A DNA stretch of 64,000 nt, from positions 129,580,001 through 129,644,000 of the forward strand of contig NC_042997.1 of assembly GCF_006345805.1 (NCBI RefSeq). The letters run 5' to 3'. This document shows positions 24,930 through 37,790 of the stretch, piece after piece; position 1 is the first letter of the stretch; the number at the start of each line of letters is the position of its first letter. The notes under the pieces are model-generated. The model had not been told where the DNA came from and ran no database searches. It saw only the letters and a list, made by a program, of their open reading frames with translations. The position numbers and the translations under genes are program-made. The stretch comes from Octopus sinensis (Eukaryota).

Positions 24930-25125
24930 CTAAAAACGATGGATTGCTAGCCACTACACATTCTTTATTTTCTCTCCTTGTTTCTTTCTGTGTTCCTTTC
25001 TGTGGAAGAGCGTAGGCTTGAAACGTTAAAGACTTTTTCACTTCCCGAGTGTTAAACTAATACATCTGATTGTTGTCTACACCACCTGTCTTCATCTTTT
25101 GTTTTTTGTGAATTCTCCCCTATAT
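24930..25125 (+). mobile_element. Probable Penelope-like element terminal fragment
   Basis: GAAGAGCGTAGGCTTGAAACGTT hammerhead-like core in pyrimidine-rich sequence. Confidence 0.4.
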
Positions 25126-26266
25126 ATGAAAACAGTTTGATTCTAGAGTACCGTACTGGCATGGGTTGGATGGTTTAATAATATTTGGCGAGCTGCAGGG
25201 CTGTATCAAGCTTCAGTATCATCTTTGGCATGGTTTTTTTTATTCCTACTAGCCCTTTCTAACATCAACCACTTTACAGTATGTATTGAATGTTTTGTTT
25301 CATGCCACTGGCTTTAATGAGGTTCCAAGTAACTTGCAAGACAGAAAAAGAACAGCGAAAAAAAGGTAAAAAAAAAACAAGTGGTTGGGTGGCATAGTTT
25401 GAAAAGGGGAGGTGGCTTTATGCCAGATTTTGAGAGGCTAATGTATGAGAGGACAAATAGACAGGTGTCTTACTATAGAGAAGATGCATGGCTACCTCAC
25501 ATTGTATAAACACTAGCAGAAGTAGCTAAGAAGAAGATAAAAATAGTAGTGATGGTGTATAAGGAAATTGTGGGGAGAGGGGGTAGTTTCATAATAGTGT
25601 GGTGGGGAGAGTAACAGATGATTAGAGATGGGGGAAGAAAGGATAATGAGAATAAGGAATGGAAGGTTCTAGGGTGAGTAAGAGGTAACTTGTAATGAAA
25701 AGAAAGGAGAGTAAATAACATGTACTGAGTGGTGCCCAAAGTAGAGAAATAATGGTGCAGTAGGTGTTAGAGGAATGCTTGAATGTTTTAGGAAACCATT
25801 TTTTACTGTGATGGACAGGTCTTTTCAAGCACAGCAAATCACCAATCATCTTGGTTGATTGTCATCTTCTCTGTAAGGTTCAGCATCTTGAGACCAACCT
25901 TCACTTCTTCATCCCATATCTTCTTGAGCTTTTTTCTTCAACAAGTTTCATAGTATTGCGTAAAATATTTACTGCCTGTCAGCTCTGCTATTTGAGACAA
26001 ACATGAAATACAGTAAAAGTGAAGGGATGAGGAAAGAATTGTGGGACAAGTAAGCTTAGATGAAGAAAATATATGACTGGCTAGTTGAAACATTATCTCA
26101 TTGTAATATTTCTGTATACTTTTTAATTTGTTCTTTTTTGCTAACTACTTAATTGGGTGTGGTGCTTGTTGCAAGTCTGCCTTTGACAGTAAAGTTTGAA
26201 TATAATATTTCTGCTAGGAGGCAAGTTGTGGTAACAGTTAAATCTCCTTCAAACTGTACCTTAACA

Positions 26267-26784
26267 TCTATATCTATAAAAGGCATGATGTGTGTGTGTA
26301 TGTGAATGTACTTTATGCATGTTCACAAATTAGCATGCAAGTCGCTCCAATTTTAGGAGGACATTGGTCACAATCATTGCTGTGCTTTTGTCAACTTATT
26401 TTTCCCAAGGCACACACGGATGGCGGTAAAAATAGCTTTTCGACCATAACTTTTACCAATTTTCACGTCAGTGAAATCCATAAGTTTGCTAACATGAGAT
26501 AAGTCCCCTGTCTTATAGATTAATTCACCCTACTACAATGTCTCTGAAAAAAAATTAGATTTGGACTACCCAAGGAATCTCAGCGTAGGAAAAGAGAAAG
26601 AGCTGAAGAGACTATCAGCAGACCCATTAGTAAAATATAACTTTTTGGGCCAAAACCTGGCAATAAGTGCTTGCAGATATTCCGCTACAAAACATATAAT
26701 ATCGAAGCAGTAACTTTCATAAACTAGGGTATAATTTTTTGAAGACTCTTTCTGAACCCAGTCAATGATGGGTATTTCTGCTAG
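26267..26784 (+). mobile_element. Non-autonomous Helitron
   Basis: A|TCTATATCTATAAAA start, GT repeat, ACCCA...TGGGT hairpin, CTAG|T end. It splits an older SINE-like tail. Confidence 0.65.
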
Positions 26785-26889
26785 TCTTAAATAAAGAAAA
26801 ATACATTGAACATTTTGGTCCCTGATATATAGAAATACAGGATGTTTGCAGTAGGAATATTTTTGGCCAGCTGGAGAGCTACCTTGGCT

Positions 26890-27100
26890 CCATTTTTATG
26901 TTTTGGCATGGTTTCTATGGCTGGATGCCCATCCTAATACTGACCACTTTACAGAGTGGACTGGTAGTTTTTATGTAGCACCAGCATGGGCACTTTTACA
27001 TAGTACTGGCATGGGTGCTTTTATATGGCACTGGAGTGGACACTTTTATGTGGCACTAGAATGAGTGCTTTTACATGGCACCAGCACCTATGAGTCTGCA
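26890..27100 (-). mobile_element. RTE 3' UTR fragment with a 25-bp unit array
   Basis: GGATGCCC core followed by about 5 copies of TTTTAYRTRGCACYRGCATGGGYRC. Confidence 0.75.
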
Positions 27101-27194
27101 AGACTTGGCTCTCTCATTTGAGGGAGGATGTAGAGGACCTGCCTATTTGCAAAAAAAAAAAAAAAGACACATTAGATAACCTTTTTTCCTTTTT

Positions 27195-27520
27195 TTTTTA
27201 TCTGTCAGTCATTGGACTGCAGCCATGCTGGGGGTACCACCTTGAAGAGTTTAGTAAAAAAAAAAATCGACCCGGTAACAAGTAGAATAAATAGCTGACT
27301 GAAAAATATTTGCAGTCTGGTACTTGTTTTATCAGCTTCTTTTGCTGAGCTGCTAAGTTATTGGGCAAAAGCAACACCAGTTGTCAAGCAGTGGTGGAGA
27401 CAAACACAAGGGCACACACACACATGCGCACACGACAGACTTTCTTACAATTTCTGCCTACCACATTCCCTCACAAGGCTTTGATTTACCTAGGGCTATA
27501 GTAGAAAACACTTGCCCAAA
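27195..27520 (-). mobile_element. Octopus-type SINE body (CORE-like TTGGGCAAGTG), 5'-truncated
   Basis: Reverse complement TTGGGCAAGTGTTTTCTACTATAGCC...AAAGCCTTGTGAG with an internal (GT)n. Family recognised from memory. Confidence 0.6.
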
Positions 27521-27749
27521 TATGTAAGAAGATGGGATGGTCATAGATGGAATGTCTTTGATCATAGGTTTGCTCAATCAGGCTTGACTTGTGTTAAACA
27601 ACAACAATTAGACAAATTAAAACTAAGAGAAGTGTATTTAGAGATTTAGTGTTATACAGTGTTCTGTTAAGCTTTACACATTTCAAACAATAAAATAGCC
27701 TGTGGAATGTTCCTTAGATATTTAGAAATCCTAGAATGAAATTAATATC

Positions 27750-28170
27750 TACAGTGATAGTAAATCTAGTATAAACTAGAATACTAATTTTACTATTATT
27801 ATATAGAGATATAATATAATAGTAAACCTAATATCTTAAATATTGTCAAACTTGAATTTCTCAGTGTCATAATAGAACCTGGCATCCATAGTGTAACAAT
27901 AGTAAAACTAGTCTACTCAATGTCATAAGAGTAAAACTAGTATCCTCAGTGTAATAATAGTAAAAGTAATATCTATTTAATAGTAATAAAAGTAATATCC
28001 TAATGTAGTAACAGTCAAACTGGTATTCTCCATATAATAGTAACCTCTAATGATAAAACTCCTATCCTCTATGTAATAGGAAAACTAGTGTCCTCTATGT
28101 AGTATTAGTGAAGTTAGTCTCCTTTATATAGTATTAGTAAAGATAGTATCTGCTATCTAGTAATAATAAG
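27750..28170. repeat. Degenerate ~30-bp minisatellite
   Basis: Recurring AGTGTAATAATAGTAAAACTAGTATCCTC-like unit, roughly a dozen copies. Confidence 0.8.
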
Positions 28171-28961
28171 GCTATGGATTTGGTAGAATGGTAGGTAACA
28201 TAATTTGTTCCTGCCTTTATATTCTGACATCAACTCACCCTGTGTTAAACCTTGCCATTCATCAGTACTTCCAGGTTTGAGCAAATTTATTGCTGGTTAA
28301 ATATTGGGGTCAAATTAACTAATACTACTAGGCGTCTTCAAACAAGAGACTAGTTGTTGAAGACATGGACACAGTATTGTTATGAGCTGCCGCTTTAGCT
28401 TTGTAAGAATTGTGTCCAGCCGAAGAAATAATAGTGAAATTAGTATCCTCTAATTAAATATTGTCCTATAACTAGATCTTTTATTGGTCACTTCTTACTT
28501 AAGGAAATTCATGTGCTTAACTGAAGTCTGAACCATAAAAATGCAAATGAGAGTTTTAAAGACGCCTTATGTAGAACAGACCCAGTTAACTTCGAGTTTA
28601 AGTACTTGTTCCAATGAAAGGCCAAATTGATTTCAGAAAAATTTGAATTCAAAACTTCTCTTACAATTTTATAGCCTATTTTTTTACTACTACTACTGCT
28701 ACTACTACTACTATTAAAGTGAGTGCTAGGATACTTGATTATGCAAGGTGATGAAATTTTTAAAAACTTATTCTTCAAAAAAAAAAAAAAAATACCTTCA
28801 AAACAGGGAGACAACCCTGAAATTTTAATTGGAATTAATTATGGAATGCAGGAGGCATCTTTGAGTATTTATTCTAGTTGTTCTTTTAAGTTATGCTACT
28901 CGGTGTTCATTCATAAAACCTTATATCTCTTTAGTCATTTTAGGATTGTACAGGTATGGCT

Positions 28962-29015
28962 TGACTGCACTCACTGATGAGGCCCTATAAGATTGAAACA
29001 TGTTTGGAGCTGTCA
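28962..29015 (+). ncRNA. Degenerate minimal type I hammerhead ribozyme-like motif
   Basis: CTGATGA (28974-28980) ... GAAA + palindromic ACATGT. Imperfect stem I between TGACTGCACTCA and TGGAGCTGTCA. Confidence 0.45.
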
Positions 29016-29208
29016 CTCTTCTGCTGCATTTCATATGTAATTAATTAAAATTTTAGGAATTCTTTTTATTGCTAGAATTAATCATTCAGGTAGTGATTAT
29101 GCTTATCACTAAGAGTGCAGTTTTAACTAAAAAAAATTTCTTGGCTTACTACTTTAATTATATTCTCTTTACAGTTGCCACAGTTATGTCATCTTGTCTT
29201 TAAAGCTG

Positions 29209-29620
29209 TCATCATCATCGTTTAACGTCCGCTTTTCATGCTAGCAAGGGTTGGATGATTTTGACTGAGGGCTGGCGAACCAGATGGCTGCACCAGGCTC
29301 CAATATTGATCTGGCAGAGTTTCTACAGCTGGATGCCCTTCCTAATGCCAACCACTCCGAGAGTGTAGTGGGTGCTTTTTACGTGCCACTGGCACGGGGG
29401 CCAGTCAGGCGGTACTGGCAATGACCTCGCTCGAATCTTTTTACACATGCCACTGGCACAGGTGCTAATAAGGCGACGTTGGTAATGATCACGCTCGAAT
29501 GGTGCCCTTTTACGTGCCACCAGCATGGAAGCCAGTTGGCTGCTCTGGCAACGATCATGCTCGGATGGTGCTCGGCACCCTACTAGCATGGGCACAAGTG
29601 CCAGTAAGGTGATGCTGGTG
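29209..29620 (-). mobile_element. RTE 3' UTR array and tail
   Basis: (CAT)n, GGATGCCCTTCC, 3-4 hairpin units. Confidence 0.85.
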
Positions 29621-30601
29621 TTTAGAACAATAGAAAACAATTAAATTATTTATATTTTCCGATAATATTTTTAAGAAATTGCATGACTTTTTTCTGTATC
29701 ATATAATGGAAAACCGCCTGTTTTTATCCTACTCATGGAACCTGACTTGACATGAAGTAACATTATGAATATAACTAAATCTAAAGACTTAGTCTTCGTT
29801 GTTGTAACAATATTGTTTCCTCTATCATAGACTGAAAGGTACAAAGTTTAGGAGAGAAATATAGTTGATTATATCAAATATTTTGGGTACTTATTTTATT
29901 GACCCTGCAAGGATGAAAAACAAAAAAAAATGTGTAATTTAAAACCTTAAAGTGTAAAGAATTGTAACTAAATATCGCAAGACATTTTCTTCAATGTTGT
30001 ATTGATTCTACCAATCCACTGCTAAATCTTTTGAAATAATCATCTCAAAAACTTTAAGCATTGAATCTTCATGAATTTTTCATTATTCTTTGAAACCCTT
30101 TGTTTTTTTCTACCTGCACCATAATCCACAAATAGATGTTTTCTTTAATCCATATAATTTTCATTTCTTTTTTGCAAATTTCAGAATTTAAAAGTTGGTA
30201 ATTATGTAACTCCATTGAATATTCTATAAATTTCTGGTTTAACTTATTTAATGTGTGAAAGACCAGATCTTAATGCTGATTAAAGTTATTGATACGATCA
30301 AATAGTCTGTTGATTATGTTAAAATAGAAATATGATTGGTTGATAATTAAAAATTGATTTAAAATAAGCAAAAAAAAAAAATTAGTTTGATATAGTTGCA
30401 TGGTAATTTTAATTGCTATAATTTAAATGACTGATTTTGTCATTAGATAAACAAGTCTATAACATCTACAGCAATGGTATATAAGATCATTTTAACATTG
30501 TTTTATTAAAAACATTTTCAAGCGTCAAATTAAAAGAAAAACCTTTATTGTATTTTGTTGGAAAGTAATTTATTATGATTTTTTTTTATTTTTGCCCTCA
30601 G

Positions 30602-30625
30602 ATGACTATGTCCGGACACTGCAAG
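30602..30625 (+). CDS. Candidate 24-nt frame-preserving microexon of CNEP1R1 (adds DDYVRTLQ)
   Basis: T-rich tract + TGC + CCTCAG acceptor and AAG/GTATAC donor. Phase 1-1, no stop, repeat-poor flanks. Confidence 0.55.
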
Positions 30626-33600
30626 GTATACTTGCATTACTATCTGTTACCTGTTCAAGCAACTGCTTCTCATGGCATATATTTTCCTTGAATAGTAATT
30701 TAGAAAATGCTTTTCCAATATATAATCCCTCCTTACCTTCTTTGACAAGCATACTGTTTACCCCACTTAACTAATTATCTCTCTCTCCTTATTCTTCAGT
30801 ATTAATCCTTTATTTTCAATATTCACATATATTGGTGTATTTTTGTTTTTTTATATTTTATTTTTAACATAATGGTTTAAGATTATGGTGTTACAGTTTT
30901 TTTTTTTTGTTAAACAGTTTTTTATATTAACTTGTTTATTTTGAATAAATCTTTAAGTATCTAATACGTGTAATATAATATTTTCCGTGCTTGTTTAAAT
31001 AGAATGTAGGAGAAGTTATACATGCATTTATGTTGATGAATACATAAAAATAAATTTCTGAAGCAATTGGTGTGGTCATATCCTCTGAACTGGCCATTTT
31101 TAGAAACTTTTCTTATTTTCCCATCCTTAAATTACATTTAAGAACTGTGGATTGACAAACATAGTTAGCAGCGGAGAAAATACCCTGCAGTATTTTAGAT
31201 CTACATTTTCAGCTCAAAATCCCATCTGGATTTGTTTTTTATACTTCCAGATTTAATAAAATGAGTAGCAGTCAATTACTGGAGTCTATTGCAATCAATG
31301 TTTTTCTCACTAATTTGTGATCTTGTAACCATATTTTAAATTATATCACAAATATGGCTTTGTGGCTATATTATGAATTTATTGCTAATGTTATGGATGT
31401 AGTTTGTCAGATTTGATAAGAGTGTCAGACCAAATGCTTTGTAGTATTTAACTACAAGGATTTATTTTCTGAGTTCAGTTCCCACTGATGTCAGTTTTAC
31501 CTTTCATCTTTCTGTTTGTTCCTACTTATCTCTATGTAAGAAATCAATATTTATTACAAATGTATATTATATAAGTTACTACGCTGGTGTTGACCAATTG
31601 GAATCTCATGTTATCATTCTTGTTATAATAAAATTTTTAATTAGAATTTTACTTTAAATAAGGATACCTTAGTGCGGGTAGTGTCAGATGGTTTGGTATC
31701 TTTCTTCTGCTCAGAATCCTATAGTTTTTTCACAGTGCCTTGATGTTACAATTTTTCTTTACTTCATTGAATATATTATTGTATGTCATTTGAACACTAA
31801 ATACATAAGTTGATAACTGTTAATACTGTAACCTCCTTAACTTTAGAATTAAGAATATATAAGAAAGACTTTAGGCATACATGGCTGGTAATTGTGCTGT
31901 TTAGAACTATATTTAATTTTATTTTTTGACTGAAGTTGTCTCCAGAACAGTGTGTTAAATTCACTTAAAACCCTCAAAATCAACCTGTGCTAAATGAGAG
32001 ATGTATGCAAATTAGTTCCAACATTAGTCTCTTAGTATGCCCTGAAAATTTTATGTTAGTTACCTATTTTTATTGTTCTGACCACTAGTATTTCAACTTC
32101 ACTTCATTTACCTCATCTAGTTGATTCTGTTTAACTTTATTCTGAACAATTCCATTATTCACTTAATAGCATATATTTTCAAAACCCCAAATTATTTAGT
32201 CTCAAATCTGCATAAAATTCACTGATTATTTGCCAGTTCTTCATTTTTAAAAATAGGTAAATGTAGTATGAAACTGAATATTTAATTTCTTTGGTATGCA
32301 TACCAAATTCTGGGTGCTCCCAGTTTCTTGACTTAAAGTGATAGCTCTCAGTATTTCATATTTACAAATATTATCTTCATTTTATATTCACATTTCACTC
32401 TGAAGGGTGTTGAATGGGTTGTCATGATCTAAGTTAGTTCATTTTTGGAATTACTGTCCTCTTAGAAGGATCAGAGGACCATGTATTCTATTTTTGGCAT
32501 GGTTTCTTAGGTTAGCTGCCTTTCTTAAAAACCAACCACTTTACAGTAGTTACGGGATACATTTTGTAGTGGCTCCAGCACTAGAGGGGTTGTCATAACC
32601 TCAAGAGGACAAAACATTTTGGTTCTCTGGATCCTATGTTATCTCTGCTGATTCACCAACAACTTAAATGAGTGTATTCATTTAATGTGAAGTTGTCTTG
32701 TCCTCCACAAGACAAAAGAGTCCTTACTATTACTCTGTGATGTATTTGTCCATTCAAGGTTATGTGAACAAGATAGTGAGTAGAAAAGAGGAGAATTGTA
32801 GATGAGCTAGGGTGAGCAGAAGAAAGAAGTGAGAGTATGACGAGAAAAACAGGTTGATCAGGATGACAGGGTGGTAGAGAAGGAAGATGTGGAAGAGATA
32901 GGTCTAGGGTTAATGAAAGAGATGTATTAATGGCAGGATATAATGATAGAGAGAAAGAGAGAGAGGGTGGTGGATATGGTTAGTTGTAGAAATGGATGAA
33001 AGTAAGAGAGAGCAATGGATTAAATAGCAAATGACTTGAGTAGGAGTGGTGGCCAGCAGTTCAGGCGAGCAAAAAGGAGCAGTATATTGGATACCAACAG
33101 ATTTAATACAAACTCTCATTACATAGGTATTGTACTGGAATGAAGAGAGGAGTGATATGGATGGTGGTAGATGGAAGGATTGAGTATGGGGAAATCTAGT
33201 GTTATTCTTCATTACAAGTTTGGGAACTAATGTTAAGAGTTAAATATATTCAAGTTAGTCTTACCATTTCAATGAGTGAAAGACTAACAAAGTTTGGATT
33301 CTTGTATACTATAAACTTATTTTTTAATAGAATTTTTCCGTAAATAAATTTTTGAAGATAGTTCTGAATCAAATGGTGAATGGATGTCATTGTATTGTTT
33401 CTGTTATCATCTACATTAGCCTCTGATTGACCAATTTAAATTTTTCTTAACCTGCATGGCCTTAGTTATTGTCATTGAGTAACTGAAATTATGTGTAAGT
33501 CCTTGTTGGAGTGTATGAATTTGAGTTATGGAAGAATATCAGAGGGAGTTAAAAAAAAACCTTACATGGAACTAAATCTAATGATTGTCATAGTCATACT

Positions 33601-33799
33601 GATACATATGAATAAAAAAAAAAGCAAACAAAAAAAAAACAAAGTTGAACATAAGTAAATTATGTGTACACAGTTGTTGTCTTATAAAATAATGAACTTG
33701 GCATTACTGAGCTCAGAACAAACCCATATATTACTTTCTAGTCCTTATAAGGCATATGGATCAATGTTTATGTCATATTTATTAAGAATAGCTTAATGG

Positions 33800-34640
33800 G
33801 GAAATAAAAGTAAGAAGAATGGCTGTTAAGAGAAAAGGAAATGTCTTGTTAACTGCTGACAAGTATGAAATAGTTACTCTACTTGATCAAGTGTCTCAGA
33901 CAAAGGTGGTAAAATAATTGGGGTTTTTCCTCCAAGCTATGAAAGAAGAAATTATTGCAGCTTATCAATTTAAAGCAAATCGAAACAGAAATGTAGAGAT
34001 CTGGAAAAGATGAGGAATTATCGTAATAATTCATCACTGTTAAACCCAGAGACATTCGGTTATCTAGACTAATCCCATCAGAGAAGGCCAAAGATTTAGC
34101 AGAGCATCTCAACAGAACTAAGTCTGACTCTGTGACTGGTTTGTTGTCTTGATGGAAAGCCAGACGTAACAGTGGATTCAAGAAGCTTCATGGCAAGAAG
34201 AAAGATGTAAATGTAAATCTAGCTGATAATTGAGAATCTAAAGACATGCAGTCTAATAACATCCACAGTGCAGACAAACCTGGACTTTGAGGTGGTATTC
34301 TTGTACATGATATGGTGAAAAGAAGAGGATTTAAAGAAAGCAAAGGTAGTTTCAGTTTTGGGAATTATACCAACATGTCAAGAAGAGATGAAAGAGAATG
34401 AATTACTATTAACTGGAAAAAAGTAAAAGATCCACATACTTCTGTGAATTATAAAACTAGTAGGAATGCTTAAATGAATGGATAAGTATTTACTATATGA
34501 TTTGGGGAATTTGCCAGAGAGGTGACCCAGAAGAAGTGAAACTGGTGTATTGCTTGTTGACAGTTGCACAGCCCATATTACAGTTGCAAATCTTAAATGT
34601 ATCAAACTACTGTTTCTTCCATTAAACACATTACAAAGCT
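33800..34640 (+). mobile_element. Tigger/pogo transposase relic
   Basis: NIHSADKPGL (cf. IFNADETGL) near 34255-34290. VLLVDSCTAH...LKCIKLLFLPLNT near 34545-34630. Confidence 0.7.
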
Positions 34641-34734
34641 TTGAAATCATTACATAGAGTGGCCTTCATCTGAAAGCTGTGTTTTTTTTTTCTCTTTCAC
34701 ATTGATGGTCATCTAGAAGCAAAAGCAAATGACC

Positions 34735-34992
34735 TCCCGTGCTGGTGGCACATAAAAAGCACCATTCGAGTGTGGTTGATGCCAGTGCTGCCTGACTGGA
34801 CCTCATGCCGGTGGCACGTAAAAAGCACCCACTACATTCTTGGAGTGGTTGGCATTAGGAAGGGTATCCAGCTGTAGAAACCTTATCAGATTAGATTGGA
34901 GCCTGGTGTAGCCTCCTGGCTTCCCAGTCCTCAGTCAAACTGTTCAACCCATGCCAGCATGGAAAGAGGACATTAAATAGTGATGATGATGA
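34735..34992 (+). mobile_element. RTE 3' UTR array and tail
   Basis: Two hairpin units, core and GAT tail. Similar copies at 37790-38066, 38375-38666, 53625-53906, 54300-54542 and 54640-54913. Confidence 0.85.
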
Positions 34993-35479
34993 ATAACTGT
35001 TTATCACATTCATGGAAAATAATGCAAAGTCGCAAAAGATATTTTGTCATTATTAAGATGGTGTTTGGACCTTAAATTAACGTGAAATTTCTATGGATGG
35101 TTTGAATTTAGATCATTTTAGGCAAGAAGTGTGTATCATAGAACCAGGGACAGTTTCATGTGAGTGTGTATCAATCAGTAGCAACTAGAAGTCATGAACA
35201 ATTAAAGATCACAAAATTTATCAGCTGGATTAAAAATTTCATGTTTGTGTAACTACATATTTATCTCTTGTTGAGTCTTGCACAGGAAGGAAATGGATTA
35301 AAACATATATTTGAACAAATGAAACTTTAGAAAATGTAAGAAATAATTTATTGTTTTGGTGTCAAGAAAATTTGTTGTAGATCAATTAAATACATCATTT
35401 GAAGTTGATCTGTAATAATTTTCCAATTCATCAACTCAATAAATATTGTAGTTCGCTTGAAGCATTGTCTATTGTTTGT

Positions 35480-35692
35480 AAAGAATAAAAAGTTTTGAAT
35501 GGTACAACAATGTACTATAATGTAGACAATGGCCTATATACCTGTTGTAATTTAGTCAAACATAGTCTGATATGATATTTCGGAATAATATTTCTTCTTC
35601 AGATATTCTTAGATATCTAAATTACAACAAGTATATAGCCCATTGTCTATATTATTATGCATTGTTGTACCATTGAAAACTTTTTATTCTTT
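35480..35692. repeat. ~75-bp imperfect inverted repeat (MITE-like)
   Basis: AAAGAATAAAAAGTTTT...TTGTAATTTAG versus CTAAATTACAA...AAAACTTTTTATTCTTT, with a ~60-bp spacer. Confidence 0.85.
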
Positions 35693-37750
35693 TCAATAAA
35701 TATTATTTCTTGCTACTTCAAACCAACATTTCTTCATGTTTAACCCCTTTTGTTACCATATTTCTATTGAAATACACAGACTTTGTTACATTATCTTGCT
35801 TATTTTATCAATATCAAAGGAGAATGAAAGGTAGTCAACTGGGAATAAAAAGAAGAAACTAGCACAGATTGAAATATAACCTTTGTTGTGCCACTCAACA
35901 ACCTGTTATTTCCATTAACAGTGACTAATGTCCTCTAATATCTATAGAATAATTCTTGTAGCTTTGATTAACATAAAAAGCAAAACATTACAGCTTCATT
36001 TCATCACTGACTTCCTTCTCCTTCTCTTCTGAACAATTTGCTATCCTCTGGTGTTTTATCAACCAACCACCTCTGTATGTCTGTCTGTTGTAAATCCTTC
36101 CTTGTCAGAATTACATTCCTCTCCTGCTTCTCTTATTTTAGCTGTCACAGCATTTATTATACTAATTTCTCTTACAATCTTTATACCCTGTAGTAGCTTT
36201 TACAACTTGTGAAAACAATCTTTTTACCACATGCAGCTACACATTAATTGAACCAACAAAGTAGTCCACTACATGCTTGGAATATCAGTCAAATCTTCAT
36301 CAAATTACATCCTACTGTTAAAAAAAGAAAAGGAAGAGCACTCTTGATAATGATACTCATTGTGTCTAAAAAAAAAAATAGGTGGTGGGTTGGTTATTGT
36401 TGGAATGTATTAAATCATATGCCTGTCCTTTCAGAGCTGTGGGTTTTAAAAACAACAGTAATACACTAAATTATGGGGCAAGACCCTTATATGGACCCTA
36501 TAGGAAGCTACATTAAATTATAGACGAGGTGTTTCTTATTTAATGTATGATGGTATATTTGTTTTTCTCTTCATACATCACACAACCCACGTAACACTGC
36601 ACTTGTGTTGTACAGCATCGTGAAGAATGTGCATCTAAATGGTCAGTCAAGCTGTTAGAAATGTCAGCCAAATCTCCTTTGAATTGCATCCTGCTATTTT
36701 CAGTGTAGGAAGGATACATTGGATAATGCAATCCTGTACTATGTTTGAAAATAAGATAAGATTATCATGTTTGAATTGCCTTGCATTCTATAAGTCATCT
36801 CAATCAGAGCAGACTTGAGACTATACAATATCAGCAACAGCAGACCCAGCATGCCATATCTGCACCTTACTTGAGCTTGACCTTATTACTTATCACCATT
36901 CTTTATATACCACCATTTTCTATATACACAAATCAAAAGTTGTACATTAATAATGTGGCTGAGGGGAAAATACCTTGAGTGAATGTTCTGCATACTAATT
37001 ACAAAAATGATTGAGTCTTACATATGAGCATTTAGTAGGTGAAATTGTTCTCTCAAGTGTGTTTGAAATCTAAAACCAACATTCAAGGAGCATAACTTCT
37101 ATAGGATCAGTTAATTGAAATTTTTGGACAATATTTCCCCCCCACCCACCTATGTAATAGTATTCTTTATCAGTTTATCAATTTATTCTATCTTGCCAAC
37201 TGATTAGATTATGATTTACTCTGGTTTTAATAATACTGAAACATGTCCATTGCTTTTGCCAGTTGGCCTCTTAAAACCAGATCCTCTCAAAATTGCAACA
37301 ACTATATTGTCCTAATACTTTGATCAGCTGATTTTGTGGTGGTCACCTCCTTGGTTACTTGCATTAAATTCTAAACACTCCTAGAGGAAGTATTTGTCTA
37401 CTAATTGCTTGGATAATCTCAGTTAAACAAAGGTTTTTAAAATTTACTATATTATATCTGAGACTCTACCATTGTTTGCTACAGTCTCTATTACCATAAT
37501 AATGAAAGTTTCACCTACTTACCTAACCAACATCTATGATTATAGTTTAACTAAATATTTTCTCTTTGTCTTTACATATATATATACTGCATATATACAT
37601 TTTGGCTGATTACACACATTTCAACTATATGCATGAATAACCACAGTAAGCATGCATCTCTACTGTATACATGCGTTTATACTATATGTATGCAACTCTA
37701 GTTTACATGCATCTCTGTAATGTATATGCATTTCTAAGTATCATATCTAC

Positions 37751-37790
<40 letters not shown>

